A DNA stretch of 45,020 bases, the filler included, from Catajapyx aquilonaris (taxonomy: Eukaryota), in the NCBI GenBank assembly GCA_000934665.2. It is 2 parts of 2 records of this genome, joined end to end, with 100 filler letters (N's around TTAATTAATTAA, not from the genome) between each part and the next. Parts side by side here need not be neighbours in the genome. Positions count along the whole stretch, not along the records: positions 1 to 21,272 come from JYFJ02006090.1; 1 more part is not named here. One strand, written 5' to 3'. Every line of letters starts with the position of its first letter. Position 1 is the first letter of the stretch. Positions 1-13,400 of this stretch are shown piece after piece. The notes beneath the pieces are model-generated. The model did no database searches and was not told where the DNA came from. It saw only the letters and a program-made list of their open reading frames with translations. The position numbers were made by a program, and so were the translations under genes.

Positions 1-67
1 CAGAAAATCTTCTGTTTGTCATGGAAAAACGGCTGTTGTGTCCCAGTATCACTGTCTGGTGTGGTTT

Positions 68-582
68 TGTGTTAAAAATTTATGCTGCACATCATGAGTA
101 ACCCTGATTGTATCACTCTGCTATGGTAATAATAAATACCGAATTCATGGACGTACTAATGAGATAAGCCGCATAAAGGTAACAGAGACACCCATTTTTA
201 AGTACCTGTGTTAACTTTAGGCCCGCTGCAAATGAGGAAATGTGGGAGGGAGGCAACTTGCACGCACATATCCAAGTATTCATGTTGCCGCTAGAGGGTA
301 CAAGTGTAGCGGCCCAACCCAGCCCATGCCAGCATGCCCAGATCAGCTCCAAATTTCTTGCCTGCAAGAAATCTGCACATGCTCACTGCCCCAGGAGAGC
401 GCATGCGCTGTGCCATCATGGGTGGGTGGGCAGGCAATAAGTTGCTTCCAAATTTCATCATTTGCGCCGGCCCTTATGCAGCTTATCTTCTTACTAGGCA
501 ATATAAATCTGGATTGATTACATTCTATGTAGAGTGCTTAAATCAGGGTTTCTCATGATGTGCAGCATGAATTTTTAACACA
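68..582. mobile_element. Fold-back/MITE-like element with imperfect long inverted repeats
   Basis: gtgttaaaaatttatgctgcacatcatgagtaaccctgatt (~70-110) is the reverse complement of aatcagggtttctcatgatgtgcagcatgaatttttaacac (~541-579). Inner IR gagataagccgcataaagg / cccttatgcagcttatct. True ends not determined. Confidence 0.55.
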
Positions 583-1016
583 AAATTGCAATAATTTTGT
601 TGCTAATCAAGGTGACTACATTTACGGTACACATTTTGCACCTAAAATGTTTTTATATTTTGCAAATATCGAAAAAGGGTTTTCCAGATTTTGCGAAAAT
701 GCCAAGTAAACATTGCCCTTGTCATTTTAAGTGCCATTCAAAAGAGATCGTGTGGGGTGATTAATGAGAAATACTCGTATAAGTATCAATATTTTTGATG
801 CCATCTTTGATTTAAAATTTTTGGATTTCATAAGAATGAGCATGGCAATCATATAGATCAGTGGTTCCCAACCTTTTCCGGGTCGCGACCCCTTTTATGA
901 TAGTCAAGTCATAGACCTTAGAGCAGCGGTTCCCAAAGTGTGGGGCGCGAGAGGATTTCTGGTGGGGCGTGGAAGAATTTAATTTTTTTTTCCTTTCTTT
1001 TTGCTGTTTACCCAGT

Positions 1017-1334
1017 AGGCTGTGGGTCCCTTCAGGGGGTGTGGAATACCACCATTTCGCTCCATTTTTCTGAATTACCTTCAATCTCCGGTGCAAGGAA
1101 TCAGGACGTAGGGTAAGGATAGGGATTTTTGGGGAGGGAACAGGGGTGCAGGTGCAATATATGTCTCAATAATGGGCCATGTGCAGTCCCCCAGGAGGTT
1201 AGGTTGCCAGACACCTTGGTGCAGTTCAGAGACCCTCCCGACACAGGTGAAAGGGAACTCCCAGGCGAGGATCGAACCAGGGACCTTTCACTCAGCAAGC
1301 CGAGACGTTACCATCTCGGCCACCACACCTCCCC
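1017..1334 (-). mobile_element. tRNA-derived SINE, family A copy 1
   Basis: Minus-strand head GGGGAGGTGTGGTGGCCGAGATGG (A box) ... GGTTCGATCC (B box); body homologous to 3623-3870 and 20660-20994. Confidence 0.8.
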
Positions 1335-1425
1335 AAAATTTTTCATTATAAGTATGAAGATCTGAAATGAGCACACACTTCATTATGAGAAATAGGTCAG
1401 TTAATAAAATTATATTCCATTTATA

Positions 1426-1854
1426 CAGGGTGGACCAACTTCAAGTGTCGTTTTATAACTGCTATTAATAGAAGCGCTTTACGATTGACGTAGCAGCGAC
1501 GTGTAAAATGGCCCACTTCGGCGCCATCGAAAATATTAGCTGCCAATTGGCGTCGCTGCACCAACTTCAAGTGTCGTTTTATAACCGCGATTAATAGCAG
1601 TGATTTTGCGATGACGTAGCAGCGACGTGTAAAATGTCCCACTTCGGCGCCATCGAAAATATTAGCTGCCAATTGGCAGCTAAAATGCTGTAAAATGTCC
1701 CACTTCGGCGCCATCGAAAATATTAGCTGCCAATTGGCAGCTAATATTTTCGATGGCGCCGAAGTGGGCCATTTTACACGTCGCTGCTACGTCATCGCAA
1801 AATCACTGCTATTAATCGCGGTTATAAAACGACACTTGAAGTTGGTCCACCCTG
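1426..1854. mobile_element. Tc1/mariner-type MITE (CAGGGTG ends), palindromic with internal duplications
   Basis: TA-CAGGGTGGACCAACTTCAAGTGTCG...CGACACTTGAAGTTGGTCCACCCTG-TA; mirror-image ORFs on both strands reflect the palindrome. Confidence 0.85.
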
Positions 1855-1905
1855 TATATTTTAAAAGTAGTAGGCCTAATAATAATGATGATGATAAGAG
1901 TTATA

Positions 1906-2285
1906 CAGGGTGTTTGTTACTAGTCCAGCGAGAGGCCGTCAGCGTATTCCTTGAGCCAAAAGAAGTCGAAAAAGTAAGGGGGAGAAATGTCAAGCAGAGA
2001 GCAACCTTTAATATGACCTTGACCAGAAACATTGGTCAATGGTTGCCGAAGGAGCAGGATATGAGCGTTAATAACGCGACGGTTGGGATTTGTAAGGTCA
2101 CCTCTTTCACACATGTGATTATCACCGCTCATATCCTGCAACTTCGGCAACCTCCGTCTAATGTTTCTGGTCGTCTACCTGGTTAATGGTTGGTCCCTCG
2201 ACATTTCTCCCCCCTACATTTTCGACTTGTTTTGACCCAAGGAATACGCTGACGGAGGCATGCTGGACTAGTAAGAAACACCCTG
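1906..2285. mobile_element. Tc1/mariner-type MITE
   Basis: TA-CAGGGTGTTTGTTACTAGTCCAGC...GCTGGACTAGTAAGAAACACCCTG-TA; ~85-bp imperfect TIRs. Confidence 0.85.
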
Positions 2286-3088
2286 TATATATTCCCCCCC
2301 CCCCCCTCCCCAAAGTGAGGTGGGTCGCAAAAATTTGTTGTTGTAAATAGTGTGTCGCAGTTCAGAAAAGTTTGGGAAGCGCTGCCTTAGAGCGCGGAGG
2401 AGACGCTGCATCCCCATGTGAAAGAGAGAATCACCATTTGATGGAATTGTAAGCCAGGTTAGCAGATGGTGTACGAGCGTCTGAGCCGCCAACTGGCGAC
2501 CAGGCTTGTAACTATTTGCTCAGGAGGGTACCTCGTTTCTGCTTTTAACCCTCCACCCCGATTTGCCCCAGGGGCAAGCCAGCCAGCCCCTGTTACTGTC
2601 CCTTTACCCTCCAACCCACGGGTTAAAAGCGACAACGAGGTACCCTCCTGAGAAAATAGTTACACTCCTGGTCGCCAGTTGGCGGGTCAGACGCCTGCAC
2701 GCCATCTGCTAACCCGGCCTGACCCGGCTTACAACTCCATCAATTGGTATTCTCTCTTTTACATGGGATGCGACGTCTCCTTCACGCTCTAAGGTCTATG
2801 AGTCAAGTAACCCACAAGTTGGGAACCACTGATATAGATTATAGAGCATAAATTTGCCTTTCAAAGGCACCTATCATATAATTATGAGATTTGACCTGAT
2901 CTTCTAGGAGATATGGCCATTTAACCCAGATATGCCGAGTGTCCCCTAGAGGGGACACTTGCACAGTTGTTACATTTTAATTTTTTTGCACTGGTTCTTC
3001 TGCTGCTAAAGAGCTGGCAGTAGTCAAGTGTGCTTCAGGAGAGTCTCAGCTAACGCGTCATCTTTCATGTAAACAAATGCCCTGAGTA

Positions 3089-3240
3089 CAGGGTGTCCCG
3101 TAAAGTCTGGACCTTGGAATTTTCTCATAGTACAGTGTAACCATAATAACAGTGTATAGTGACTATGTAAACGTGTTACTAGGCCTATCGACATTCTGAG
3201 AGCCAGACGATTCTTAAAAAATTATTTCTGGAACACCCTG
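3089..3240. mobile_element. Short mariner-type MITE remnant
   Basis: TA-CAGGGTGTCCC...GGAACACCCTG-TA. Confidence 0.5.
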
Positions 3241-3622
3241 TAGATGATTTACATTCAAAAGGACCACCATGAATTAAAATGATTAATTCTGGCTCGAAGT
3301 TGTTATTCGTTAATATCACTCCTACATCGAATTTTGGACAAAAGAAAAAAAAGAGAAAAAGCCTCAAAAACAACAAGAAACTTCGTCCTCAACAGGTGAA
3401 ATAAGTTTCTATGAGCAGAGAGTATATCTTCGTTATTGTCCACCCTGTGTCATTTACTTATAGCACTATAGCACTTATAGCACTAGTCCCTGAATCTAGT
3501 CTCCCCCTAGTTTTAAGTAGTCAGATGTTCACTATAGAAGAATGCTTTGTACCTGATTCGAAGAAGCATCCCATTTTTCCCGTAATTTTGAAGGACAAAA
3601 TAGTGTGTCTTAGATTCAAGTG

Positions 3623-3870
3623 TTTTTTTTAATGTTACCCCATGATAAGGTCAGAGGCCCTCTTAGGGAGGTGGAATACCACCATTTGCCATCAATTTTC
3701 TGTATTTTTCTTCGATCACCGTGCGTGGATTAAAGGACATGAGGTAGGGAAAGGGTTTTTTGGAGAGGAGACGCAGGTGCAGGTGCAATGTCGGACAATG
3801 GGTCATGTGCAGTCTCCCTGGAGGTTAGGTTCCCAGACACCTCTGAGGTGCAGGTCAGAGACCCTCCCCT
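3623..3870 (-). mobile_element. SINE family A copy 2 (head missing)
   Basis: Homologous to 1017-1334 and 20660-20994 (ggtggaataccaccattt...gaggttagg); A-rich tail at 3623-3632. Confidence 0.75.
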
Positions 3871-4053
3871 AGATTTAAGTAGATGGCGTAATAGTTTCGA
3901 GTTGAACAATTGTTCTATTAGGATTATTGTTTTGGTTAGTTAACCAAGAAAGGAGCAGATGGCACAAGTTGTATTACTTTCTAATGCTCTGGTCACTGGC
4001 TTATGCTGACTGGAAATACTGACCTTGAGAAAACAATCCATATTAACTAGAGT

Positions 4054-4211
4054 AGTATTGGTCATATATCGAGGCAACCGCCAGCGACATTTTCCGAAGC
4101 GGCAGAAGAAGGAGTCTTGCTCGCCCGGCTTGTAGCATGCTTATCTTCCATTCCTTCTTCTGCCGCTTTGGAAAATGTCGCTGGCAGTTGCCTCGATATA
4201 TGACCAATACT
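4054..4211. mobile_element. Small hairpin MITE
   Basis: agtattggtcatatatcgaggcaaccgccagcgacattttcc...ggaaaatgtcgctggcagttgcctcgatatatgaccaatact; ~60-bp arms. Confidence 0.75.
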
Positions 4212-4617
4212 GTACCAGAAAGAATGCAAACATGTTGGTGGGACCCTTTCCATCTGGAAGATGGTCTGGTCATAATATAGTCTTGATTCCACCATTGTGG
4301 CAGGAAAAACCTTCCCAGATCCAGTCCCTATAAATAAGAGATTTCTGGAACTTGTTCACATGACATTTCATCTACGCCAAATGGGAAGTAATGGTGAACT
4401 GCAGCACTGCTTTTGCAATTGGCAAAAATGCTTAACACCATGAAAAATACTTAGCCTAAATTGATGCAACATTTTGTGTTTATATTTTTTTTTAAATTTC
4501 TAATGGTAGTAAAGTGAAAAATCCACCCAGAAGCTGCATTACTTTATCTTCGAACACTTGACTTTTGCCTAAACAATTTTTTTGCACCGCCATTACATTT
4601 ACAGTGTGTTCCAAGTA

Positions 4618-5604
4618 CAGTGAAACTCGGTGAAACCTGTGTATTGTGGAATCGCATGGGACCCCAAAAATATTCCGTAATGGATAGGTTTCAGCTACAT
4701 TCAGATCAAGGACATTACTGGTATTTTTTGCAGATGAGAAAGAGAGGAAAATGGGAGAGAAAAAATAAGCACCTTACCTCAATATGGTGCAAAATCAGTC
4801 CATACAGTAGCATTTTTGTGGAATAGTCTGTTTTTCCTAGCATACTGCACATATAAAAATGGCAGTTTCATTGCAGTTGAAAATGTCCTCCTTGGAATAC
4901 CCCAAACAAATGCTTCCCACCTTCTCGTTCTACTTTTCTACTGTGAGATTCATGACACTTGCATCACTGTTTTCCATGAAATTATGTGCCTGTTGCTGAA
5001 ACTTTCCAGCCTTTGAGCTTTGAAGCACTAAATTTTTCCATACCAAGTTTTTGGGCTATTAATTTTGCTGCTCTATTGGACCATCAGCCCAGACATGGGA
5101 AATACGTGAGCCTGTGTCAACCCGTTCCTCTTCCCCGACATTTTAAAACTGGACTGAACCATGAACTAAACTTGAAGGCAGGGCACCTACGAATCACGAG
5201 TCACAATCTTCTTGGCCCTCCGTCTCTCCGTTTTCCAACCAAAAATAGTCCCCTTGCACCAATACCGTAAAGGCCCTGGGCTGCTAGAAATTCCAGCAAT
5301 TATGAGACACAGTATGGTGTTGGATGGTCCAGAAAGGGTTACTCAGAGGCCTCCTGGGAGGGCCCAGAGTGAACCCGGCTGTAGTTTCTATTTTTGTGAC
5401 TAGCAGGAGATAATGTGAACCTTTTGATTTCCGTTATGAACAGAGATTTTCTCTGAATGGAGCCAAAAATCCCTTCTGTTTCCACGTTGGACAGGTGTCG
5501 TAATATCTGTCAAAAAACACATTGCATGCCCTATGCATATGCACGTTCCCAGAAAAAATTCCGCAATGGATAGGTGTCCGCTATACCCAGGGCAGGTTTC
5601 ACTG
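4618..5604. mobile_element. pogo/Tigger-like non-autonomous element
   Basis: TA-CAGTGAAAC...GTTTCACTG-TA; subterminal repeats ttccg(t/c)aatggatagg. Confidence 0.6.
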
Positions 5605-5734
5605 TATTGGGATCCTTTTAGTTATTGGGAATGAGAATAATAAATATTGAGCACCTCGATCAGGGTCCAAAAAGCTGCACACAAATAGCAGCTTTGGTTT
5701 TTGACTTGTTGTGGGCCAACAAGTACACTGCTCT

Positions 5735-5897
5735 GCTGTCCCAAGGAGAAACACCCTAACTGCAAGGCTAGTAAGGGTGAAGGTCACATGCATGCCTTGC
5801 ACTAATTCCCCCTGATTCAGGAGGGATTTAATGCAGGATATGCCTGTGACTTTCACCCTTACTAGTTTTGCAGTTAGGGTGTTTCTTGGGATGGCAG
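5735..5897. repeat. Imperfect ~160-bp palindrome (fold-back remnant)
   Basis: gaaacaccctaactgcaaggctagtaagggtgaaggtcac...gtgactttcacccttactagttttgcagttagggtgtttc. Confidence 0.7.
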
Positions 5898-6112
5898 TGC
5901 TGTCCTTATGGCATACTTAAGACACACCCTGCATGTGATGCCAGTCCTATTAGGATTCCTTCATGAGCAGTTCTGTGACAAGAAATTTGTATCCAAAATT
6001 AGTTGTTTGACAACTCATTGTCACATTCCTGGAACACTTGAAAATAATATACTGTGGGTTCCAAAGAGGTGTACTTTAAAATATTTGTGCATTTCAGGAA
6101 CTCATGCATATA

Positions 6113-6569
6113 CAGGGTGAAGGGAAACTCACGCCAAATCACCAGGTAGACTGAAATAGTACTCGCAAAACTAATATAGGGATGTGCAATTAGTTTCGGG
6201 TGCCATAGAGTAGTTAATGCATACGGCGCCTTTGAAGTTTCGTGATGTCACATCCCTTCCGCCAGCTTAAAGGAAGCAAAAGTCAGTTCGAGGGCCTCCA
6301 GCCCCTTGCCTTGATCCCCTAACCAAGCCCCTAACACATCGTTCATGTGCAATAGGTGATCAAATCCCGTCAAAGTAAGAATCTGGGTATGACACCCGTG
6401 CACTTGTCGTTTTTACCTCGTATGTTACCATCCGGCCCTCTACGCTTTAAAGGCGCCATACCCATTAACTATACGCACCAGTGCCCAAAACTAATTGCAC
6501 ATCTCTATATTAGTTTTGCGAGTACTATCAGTCTACCTGGCGATTGGGCGCGAGTTTTCCTTCGCCCTG
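6113..6569. mobile_element. Tc1/mariner-type MITE
   Basis: TA-CAGGGTGAAGGGAAACTCACGCC...GGCGCGAGTTTTCCTTCGCCCTG-TA; ~120-bp imperfect TIRs. Confidence 0.85.
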
Positions 6570-9500
6570 TATATCACTCGAACTTTGTGGATTGTTGGCA
6601 TTTACAAGATTCATTCAACTAAAAGTGAGCCAGTTTATCTGAATGCAGACATGATTTTGAGTAGGTTCAAGAGTGAATATTTTTTATACCTCTCAATTCT
6701 TTACACATAGACCAGATTTTATTGACATTAGAGTGGCAGGGGTGCCAGAATACATTCTTGAATGGGATTCTAGGAAGTCATTTCACTCCCACCTGCACCT
6801 GCACTCCTTCTACTATTCCTGCAATCTTCCTTAGCTCATGGTATCCAGGCATGAACCAGACATACCAAAGATCCAAGAGCACTAAGCAAATAAATGTACT
6901 GTAAAAGTAGCCCTATATGGGATGTGCATTACAGTAGAACCCCAATTATTTGCCCTCTGAATATCCGTCTCCTGGGCATATCTGACCATCCCGCTCCTAT
7001 AGACATAGCATCCTGCTTCAACATCTATGGACATTTTGTGGCTCAAGTAGTAGAGAGCCAAAGCTAGGATGTTATCATGTTGTCTTTGAAACAGAAAGAT
7101 ATAACAGACTTTTTTCACCAGCATATGTGCTCTCATCAAATTGTATGAAACCCTAGAGTATTTCATGTTTTTACATGTTTTTTTGTGTTTCACTAAAGTT
7201 TTTTTTTTTTGCTCTTATTATCAGACAAAATTTTGTGTTTATTATTATAGTACAAGTTGGGGACAGCTGGTAAACGACAATGAAAAAACATGAACATGAA
7301 ATGTGAGAGAAGTCTACTAATCAAACTTGATTTGTCACTGTTTACTTAATTGGTGTACTGATCTCAACACTCTACTAGTACAAGCCATATTCAACTGTGA
7401 TATTGAGTAAGTACCCTACCTCAGCCACCACTGTGATTCGCCATGTTGATAACAAAATACTCCAGCCCCAGGACACTTCAGTTTTTTTTTTTTTTTTTTT
7501 GTGGGCTTTATCATGGGTGGAGAGATCAAATACTGCAGCTATCCCTAAGGTAATGGTGATACCCAACTTCACACCAAATAAACTTGGCTGGAGGACTTGG
7601 GCTCTTTCATCTACATCTTTCATCTACAAGTGTAACTATGTTCTCATAAATCAGCAAATATGCAAAATCCCTAGTTCAATAAAATGTTGATATGTGTATC
7701 TACCAAGAGCTTAGATAAGAAAGTAGTAGAATGCAAAAGCGATAGCTGACAACCGATATGCACCGCCTTCGTCTGGTCAGCATCTTCAGGATTGAGCCAA
7801 ATGGACTTTTGAAACTATGATAATCTAATCAGCACTGATATTGTATCAGTCGATGATGGATTTTTAACCAAGAAGGGAAAGAATGTTCGTGTCACCAACA
7901 CACTCAAGAGCCTCCCTATATGCAGAAAATAACATGACACTATCTCATGTAAAGTCGTGGACCAATTTGTTTTTATGCCACTTTTTGCATAGAAACAGGT
8001 AGGATATTAGCAGACAGATGGATGGTGTTCAAATGAGGGGGAAACTGAGCTGGCAAAACCGCAATTTCAATTGATGCTCCTACTCCTACCATTTGACATT
8101 TCACACTTATCTGATTTACCCTACACATGTCAACTCCATAAAATAGCCCCTCCTCAGTCCACCACAAATTATTCCAATTTAGCTAACTTTATATGCTGGA
8201 AGACTTGTGGACATTTTTAACTAGTTGGGCATACTTATAATAAGTAGTGAACCATTCAATAATATCATTGCTATATACGCATGAAATGTTTACAACTACT
8301 ATAGCCTACTAATTGTCATGATGATACAAGAGCTTGCAGGCCACATTAGCAACCAAACAGCTTGTTAGGAAACAGAGTCAGACAATTGCAGGGTATCATT
8401 ACTCCTGTCATGTGGGTCACATGTGGGGAAGCGATTCACTGGCCTTCAATCTCCACCCAGTTTCCCAATTCAACGGTTGTCACCATCACATTGACTATGC
8501 TTCATCAACCGAGTAGACAATGACTGACAGTGGAATAAATGCTTCTGCACCTGCGGTAGTGGGAACCATGCACGTCACAAAGTGCTTCCATTCCCCTTCA
8601 GAGATGCACTCTGACCTTCAGAGTGTCCACCTGAGGGCAAGTACTTTCTATAAAAATATCCCCAGGAGTTAGGAAAGTGTCTGTGACCTTGATGTATGTC
8701 ACACATGATCATGCAAGAGTGTGAAAAGAAGCAGCTTATATTCCACTATCATAGTATCTTGTCAATTTTGTCACGAGGAATTTAGGAGGAGGGATAGCTG
8801 ACTGGTGGAGTGGAAACTGGGGGTAGTGGTGAGGAGGGGTGTTAATAGTAGGTCTCCTAGAGGGGGGGTTGAGTGCAGGTGAGAAGGATGTGTGGCAGGT
8901 AACATCGCCAAAGAGGGGTACGTGGTCTAGCGGTTTACTACAGCTCGGACTACACGTCAAGGAGGTGCTCCAAAGGTTAGTGCTGCATACCGAAGCTATA
9001 CCAGTACGTATGACATTGTCTCACTGTCGGCAATGCTACTTGTTGCACATGCGCAAATAGTTAGGAGGTTTTTCGTGTCCGCGAAACTAATCACTCTTTT
9101 CGTGCGGTGTAATACGGTAAGACTGTAACTGCAGCAATTGCTTTCTATTTATACAGTCCTATTCTCATCCCGGATTCCCCGTATAGCCGGTTGTTCTGAA
9201 GTTTTATTCTGGAATGAAATGATGCTGGGTCGGCGCTTTATCGTAATTTGGTTTCATAACCAATATTTCGGAGTTATTACGCATCTTGGCTCGCCGGACG
9301 TGCAATTTTAAAGAGTAACTAAGAATTTAATATGCAATACGCGTGGAATGTCACAATATTTCGAAACTATAGATTCGGCTGAAGCATCAATCCGTAGCGT
9401 ATCGGTACTGGATTAATAACTGATTTTGGGCCGGGTTTGTACTGCGGGTAGCCATTGATATATTTCGAGTGACTGAAAGCTACACCGAGTTGAGTTTTTA

Positions 9501-10491
9501 TACCATTACACTGTTATAAACTTATGCCGAGCCCACAATATCCTGCATTTCACTTGTCATTCGATAAAATGCTGTATGCCAAGTTAAATAATCCTGGTGT
9601 TACATGAACCAAATTTATTGTCTCAGCGATTCCGGTACTTGATGGCCAAGTTTTGTCAGCATCAACAACATATCTGACTCCTGGTATACGGATAAAGTAA
9701 ATGAACTAGAACGCTGAAGGTCGTTATTATTCCATCAGTATCCCCAAAATAGTCACGTAAGGCAATGCATGAATATTAAGTGTCTCCTATTCCGGCATGA
9801 GTCTTTTTTATGCAATCATTACCTTCCTGGCGAAGAGCACCCAATTTATTTGCGCACAAACCCAATCAATTGTCTTGCATAAGATACGTAGAGTATAGCA
9901 CTATAGACTTATCCAGGCTGTTTGTGCTATCTATATTATTGTGCCACCTCACCTGATGGGATGAACTACTAGGAAAAATATTCGAGCCTTATGTCCCAAG
10001 AAGTGATTACAGGCCAACTAGAACGCATTGTCATGCGGGGATTTGAGGTCACCGAGAGTCATTTTCTGATAGTCTCTCGAAAGTTGATGGGCTGCGGAGT
10101 GTCGGGATTTATCTGCCAAGGAAACACTGACGTCAACACAATAGAATCAACAAGTCGTATCGCATGGGGATTTCAAGTGTTGATCCCGAAGTTTGATCTC
10201 GAACCAAAACATATAGATTATGTGGCCGACTTCAACGCTTCCCGATAATTTTACTTTACTTCCCAACAGCTTAACTAACAGGCACTGTTTTGTAAGTAGG
10301 ATATTTCTCTGAATATATACATATATGATTAATTAAACAAACGCATGATTGTTCGGTTCTGAATAGTGCGCCTTAATGGAATGCAGCTAGTTTTAAAACA
10401 ACTTGGAAACTTAATACTGACTCGCGAATAGATATTAACCAGACACTGAGTATGTCCTAACTTTTTGTTACTCTACAGGACTAATTGAAGC

Positions 10492-13400
10492 ATGAGGCAG
10501 TGGCGAGATGGCTTGGCACTGCTTCTGGCCATAACAACTATTACATCAGTGATTACCATCCAGGATGCATTGGCCACCGATCTCTCGGACGTAGAAAAAC
10601 AAGGTGTGTTGTCTTTATGCAGTAAACTGGGTGGGGCATTGCCAGTGCCGGATCTACGAAATTTCGGAGGGGGGGGGGGGAGCAGAAACCTTTCCTGCCG
10701 CCCCCCACCCCACCCCCGCGGGTTGAAAGTTTGGTTTCATTTTTCTGACATTGATCTTCTGCACTTCAGGCAGTGGCGCATGCAAAATGTTCTTTTGGGG
10801 GGAGCTGGCAGGCGAGGGAGCCCGCCGCAGGCGAAAATTTTTGTGTGTTCAAGGTCACACAAGCTGAGGGTGCTAAATTTCTTTCTGCCAGAAAGAAATA
10901 TCATCTTCAGCGTTGTTTTGCATTTGTGGGAAAGAGTCCCTAAGATGCACTACAGTTTTGACTACCAGTCCAAATAATATACTGTTTGCAGATATTTTCG
11001 TAATGAACGCACGTCTTGTCATTGTCCCGGACAATACACAGGAGAAGGGTTAGCTTGAAAGCTTTCTGCAGGACAAGAAGGTTAATAACTATTTCAGATC
11101 TGTATATTGCACTTGAAAGGAGTTCTGCTTAATAGGTGGCTGTAGTTTTGTCGTTACAAGTTCACAAACAATTCCAGTGTTGTCAATAACGTACATTAGC
11201 GGGTTTTCAATCATTACAGAGCCGTGCTTCCCAATCTTTTTCGGATAGATGCGTAAAATTCGCGACCACCACTTCCAATTCAACCCTACCCCTTTCCTTT
11301 GGTGGTAGTTAATTACAATAATCGCTAAATTAACACATCTCGTTTACGGGCAAATTTTCTAAAGAGATAGAATCAATCTGCACAAACAACTACGTAGTTA
11401 ACCTTCCTCGCGACTCCAAAGGGGTCGCGACCGCAAAACGGAAAAGAACACAACAGCGGCGGATTTCCAATTAGGCACAGTAGGCACTGGCCTAGGGGCG
11501 GCAGCGAGTTGCAATAAATATATTTCTCAAATACAATAATAGGAAATTAAGGCGAGATCACTAAGAAAAGCGATTTTTTGAGAGCTTGCAAGCTCTCAAA
11601 AAATCGCTTTCCTATTATTGTATTTGAGAAATATATTTATTGCAACTCGCGGCAACAGGACCAAGAGGGCGGTTGCCGCGAGTTGCAATAAATAATATTT
11701 CTCAAATACAATTACGAAATTAAGGCAAGATCACAAAGAAAATCGAATTTTTGAGAGCTTGATTTACCACTAGAGGCAGAAAAGGTAATTGCCGAAGGGC
11801 GGCCGCCCTCTGGTCGGCCATAACTTTCAATATAAGATTTTAAGATAAAATAACATTAAATGAAGGAGAGAACACAATTTAAAAATTTGCATTTTTAAGC
11901 GTCAGGCCGGGGGGCGTATCTCACGTGCCTAAGGGCGGCCGGGGGGTAGCCTAAATCCGGAGCTGCACACAGAACAGTGCAATAATGTGCATGTGACAAG
12001 TTCATTTCCAGGGACAAGACATGCCGCCCCCACCTTCTTGCCGCCCGGGGCAGGTGCCCCCGTTTGCCTCCCCCCCTCCCCCCCAGATCCGGCCCTGGGC
12101 ATTGCCCAAAGGCCTGTTTACAAACAAGCGACTCAGCGCAAAATTGAGCGATAAGAAACAACTGTAAATATCCAAAGCCGGCGGATTCTCTATTAGCGAT
12201 GAATATCAAATGTGAGCGACGGAATAATCAGCTTTGCGACAATCGAACGGTATGTCGCAGCATGGCTCAATTTGTTGCGGCGTCGCTTATTTGTAGGCAC
12301 ACCAACAATGAGGCGGATTAAATGTGATGAAGTAGTCGGTATCTCTATCGCTCATACCACGGTTGCTCATACGAATTGCCAGTGGGAGATCTTGATACGT
12401 ACTGTACACGAAAGTGAAGTGCACATGAGCTATATAGTACCTAGCTAGGGCTAGTGAGTAACCATCACGTTTTATCCCCCACCCTATATTCTTGTTGGTA
12501 TTTAGGCTACTTGGGCAATGTGTCGACATTTATTTGATTGTCGCGGTTTCGATATCATCTTACGTATGCCTGTGTCTTTTTTGCAGCCCAAGATTATTTA
12601 GACAGTTATAGGAAGAGAATTGTTGTTTATTACCAGAATTATTCTGAAGCGCTTTGGGAATACGAACTACAGTTAGACCATCCAGACAAAAAACAGATAG
12701 CGGTAAGTCATAATACTCATAAGCAATGGCTTTTTTGTCATCGGGTAGTACAAGTAGGCTACTAAATATAACCTGTTGCAAGATACATTATTGTAAGTGA
12801 GGTTCTCTGCACGTGTGACATAGTATTTCAGTACAAATTGAACATTTTTATTTGACAGTAAAAATGGAAACTGGGACGATATTAATTCAGATATTGCAGA
12901 GGTTATGTTGCTACAGGAACTACGCCTATCTATAGAAGAACAGGCGAGGCAAGTGAAGCTCGCCTATAAAGTTATGGTTGACACTCAAGTCGAAGTCTTT
13001 GTTATCGAATCGTGGTGATTGATATCCACCAATCAGCGCGGGGCGAACATTGCTAAGGACGAGCGCGACTCGTTTTGATTTGTGGATCCCAACACTAAAT
13101 GTCAGTCAGCATTTGCTAGCGTGAAAAAATAAATATCGGTGAAGTTCCGTGGGCTACCCTTCCCTCCAGTAACAAAGCTCTGCAATTTTAATGTCGTTTT
13201 AGGGGAAAATTACATCTTGTTCCCCAACTATATTGGCAATCGCTGGTGCTCAATATTGGATGCTAATATTCTTAACAGTTTTTAAATGAAAAGTGACATT
13301 TTCAGCTAAAAGCTACGGAAGATTTAGCTGCTACCCAAAAGGAAGGATGGAAATTATGGTTTGGAAACTCATCTGTAGATTGGCAAGATTTCACTAACGT

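Larger units (their letters stand above)
924..2384. mobile_element. Second non-autonomous hAT-like element nested in the previous one
   Basis: TIRs CAGCGGTTCCCAAA...TTTGGGAAGCGCTG; 8-bp TSD CCTTAGAG (916-923, 2385-2392). Confidence 0.8.
910..2800. mobile_element. Non-autonomous DNA transposon with CATAG...CTATG ends (P- or hAT-like), long TIRs, interrupted in its left TIR
   Basis: Ends CATAGACCTTAGAG...CTCTAAGGTCTATG; 8-bp TSD AGTCAAGT (902-909, 2801-2808); ~165-bp arms at 2385-2550 and 2622-2794. Confidence 0.8.
859..2831. mobile_element. Non-autonomous hAT-like element (outermost of a nest)
   Basis: TIRs CAGTGGTTCCCAAC...GTTGGGAACCACTG; perfect 8-bp TSD ATATAGAT at 851-858 and 2832-2839. 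Confidence 0.85.

Noticed and set aside
1421..2186. ORFs with repeated peptides on both strands
   Set aside because: Products of palindromic MITEs; no protein family signal.
6880..10250. Possible additional host gene on either strand
   Set aside because: Could not assemble a consistent exon chain or recognise any motif.
10604..10977. Continuation of the 161-aa ORF at 10492
   Set aside because: Read-through past the splice donor at 10604 into an intron containing a hAT element.
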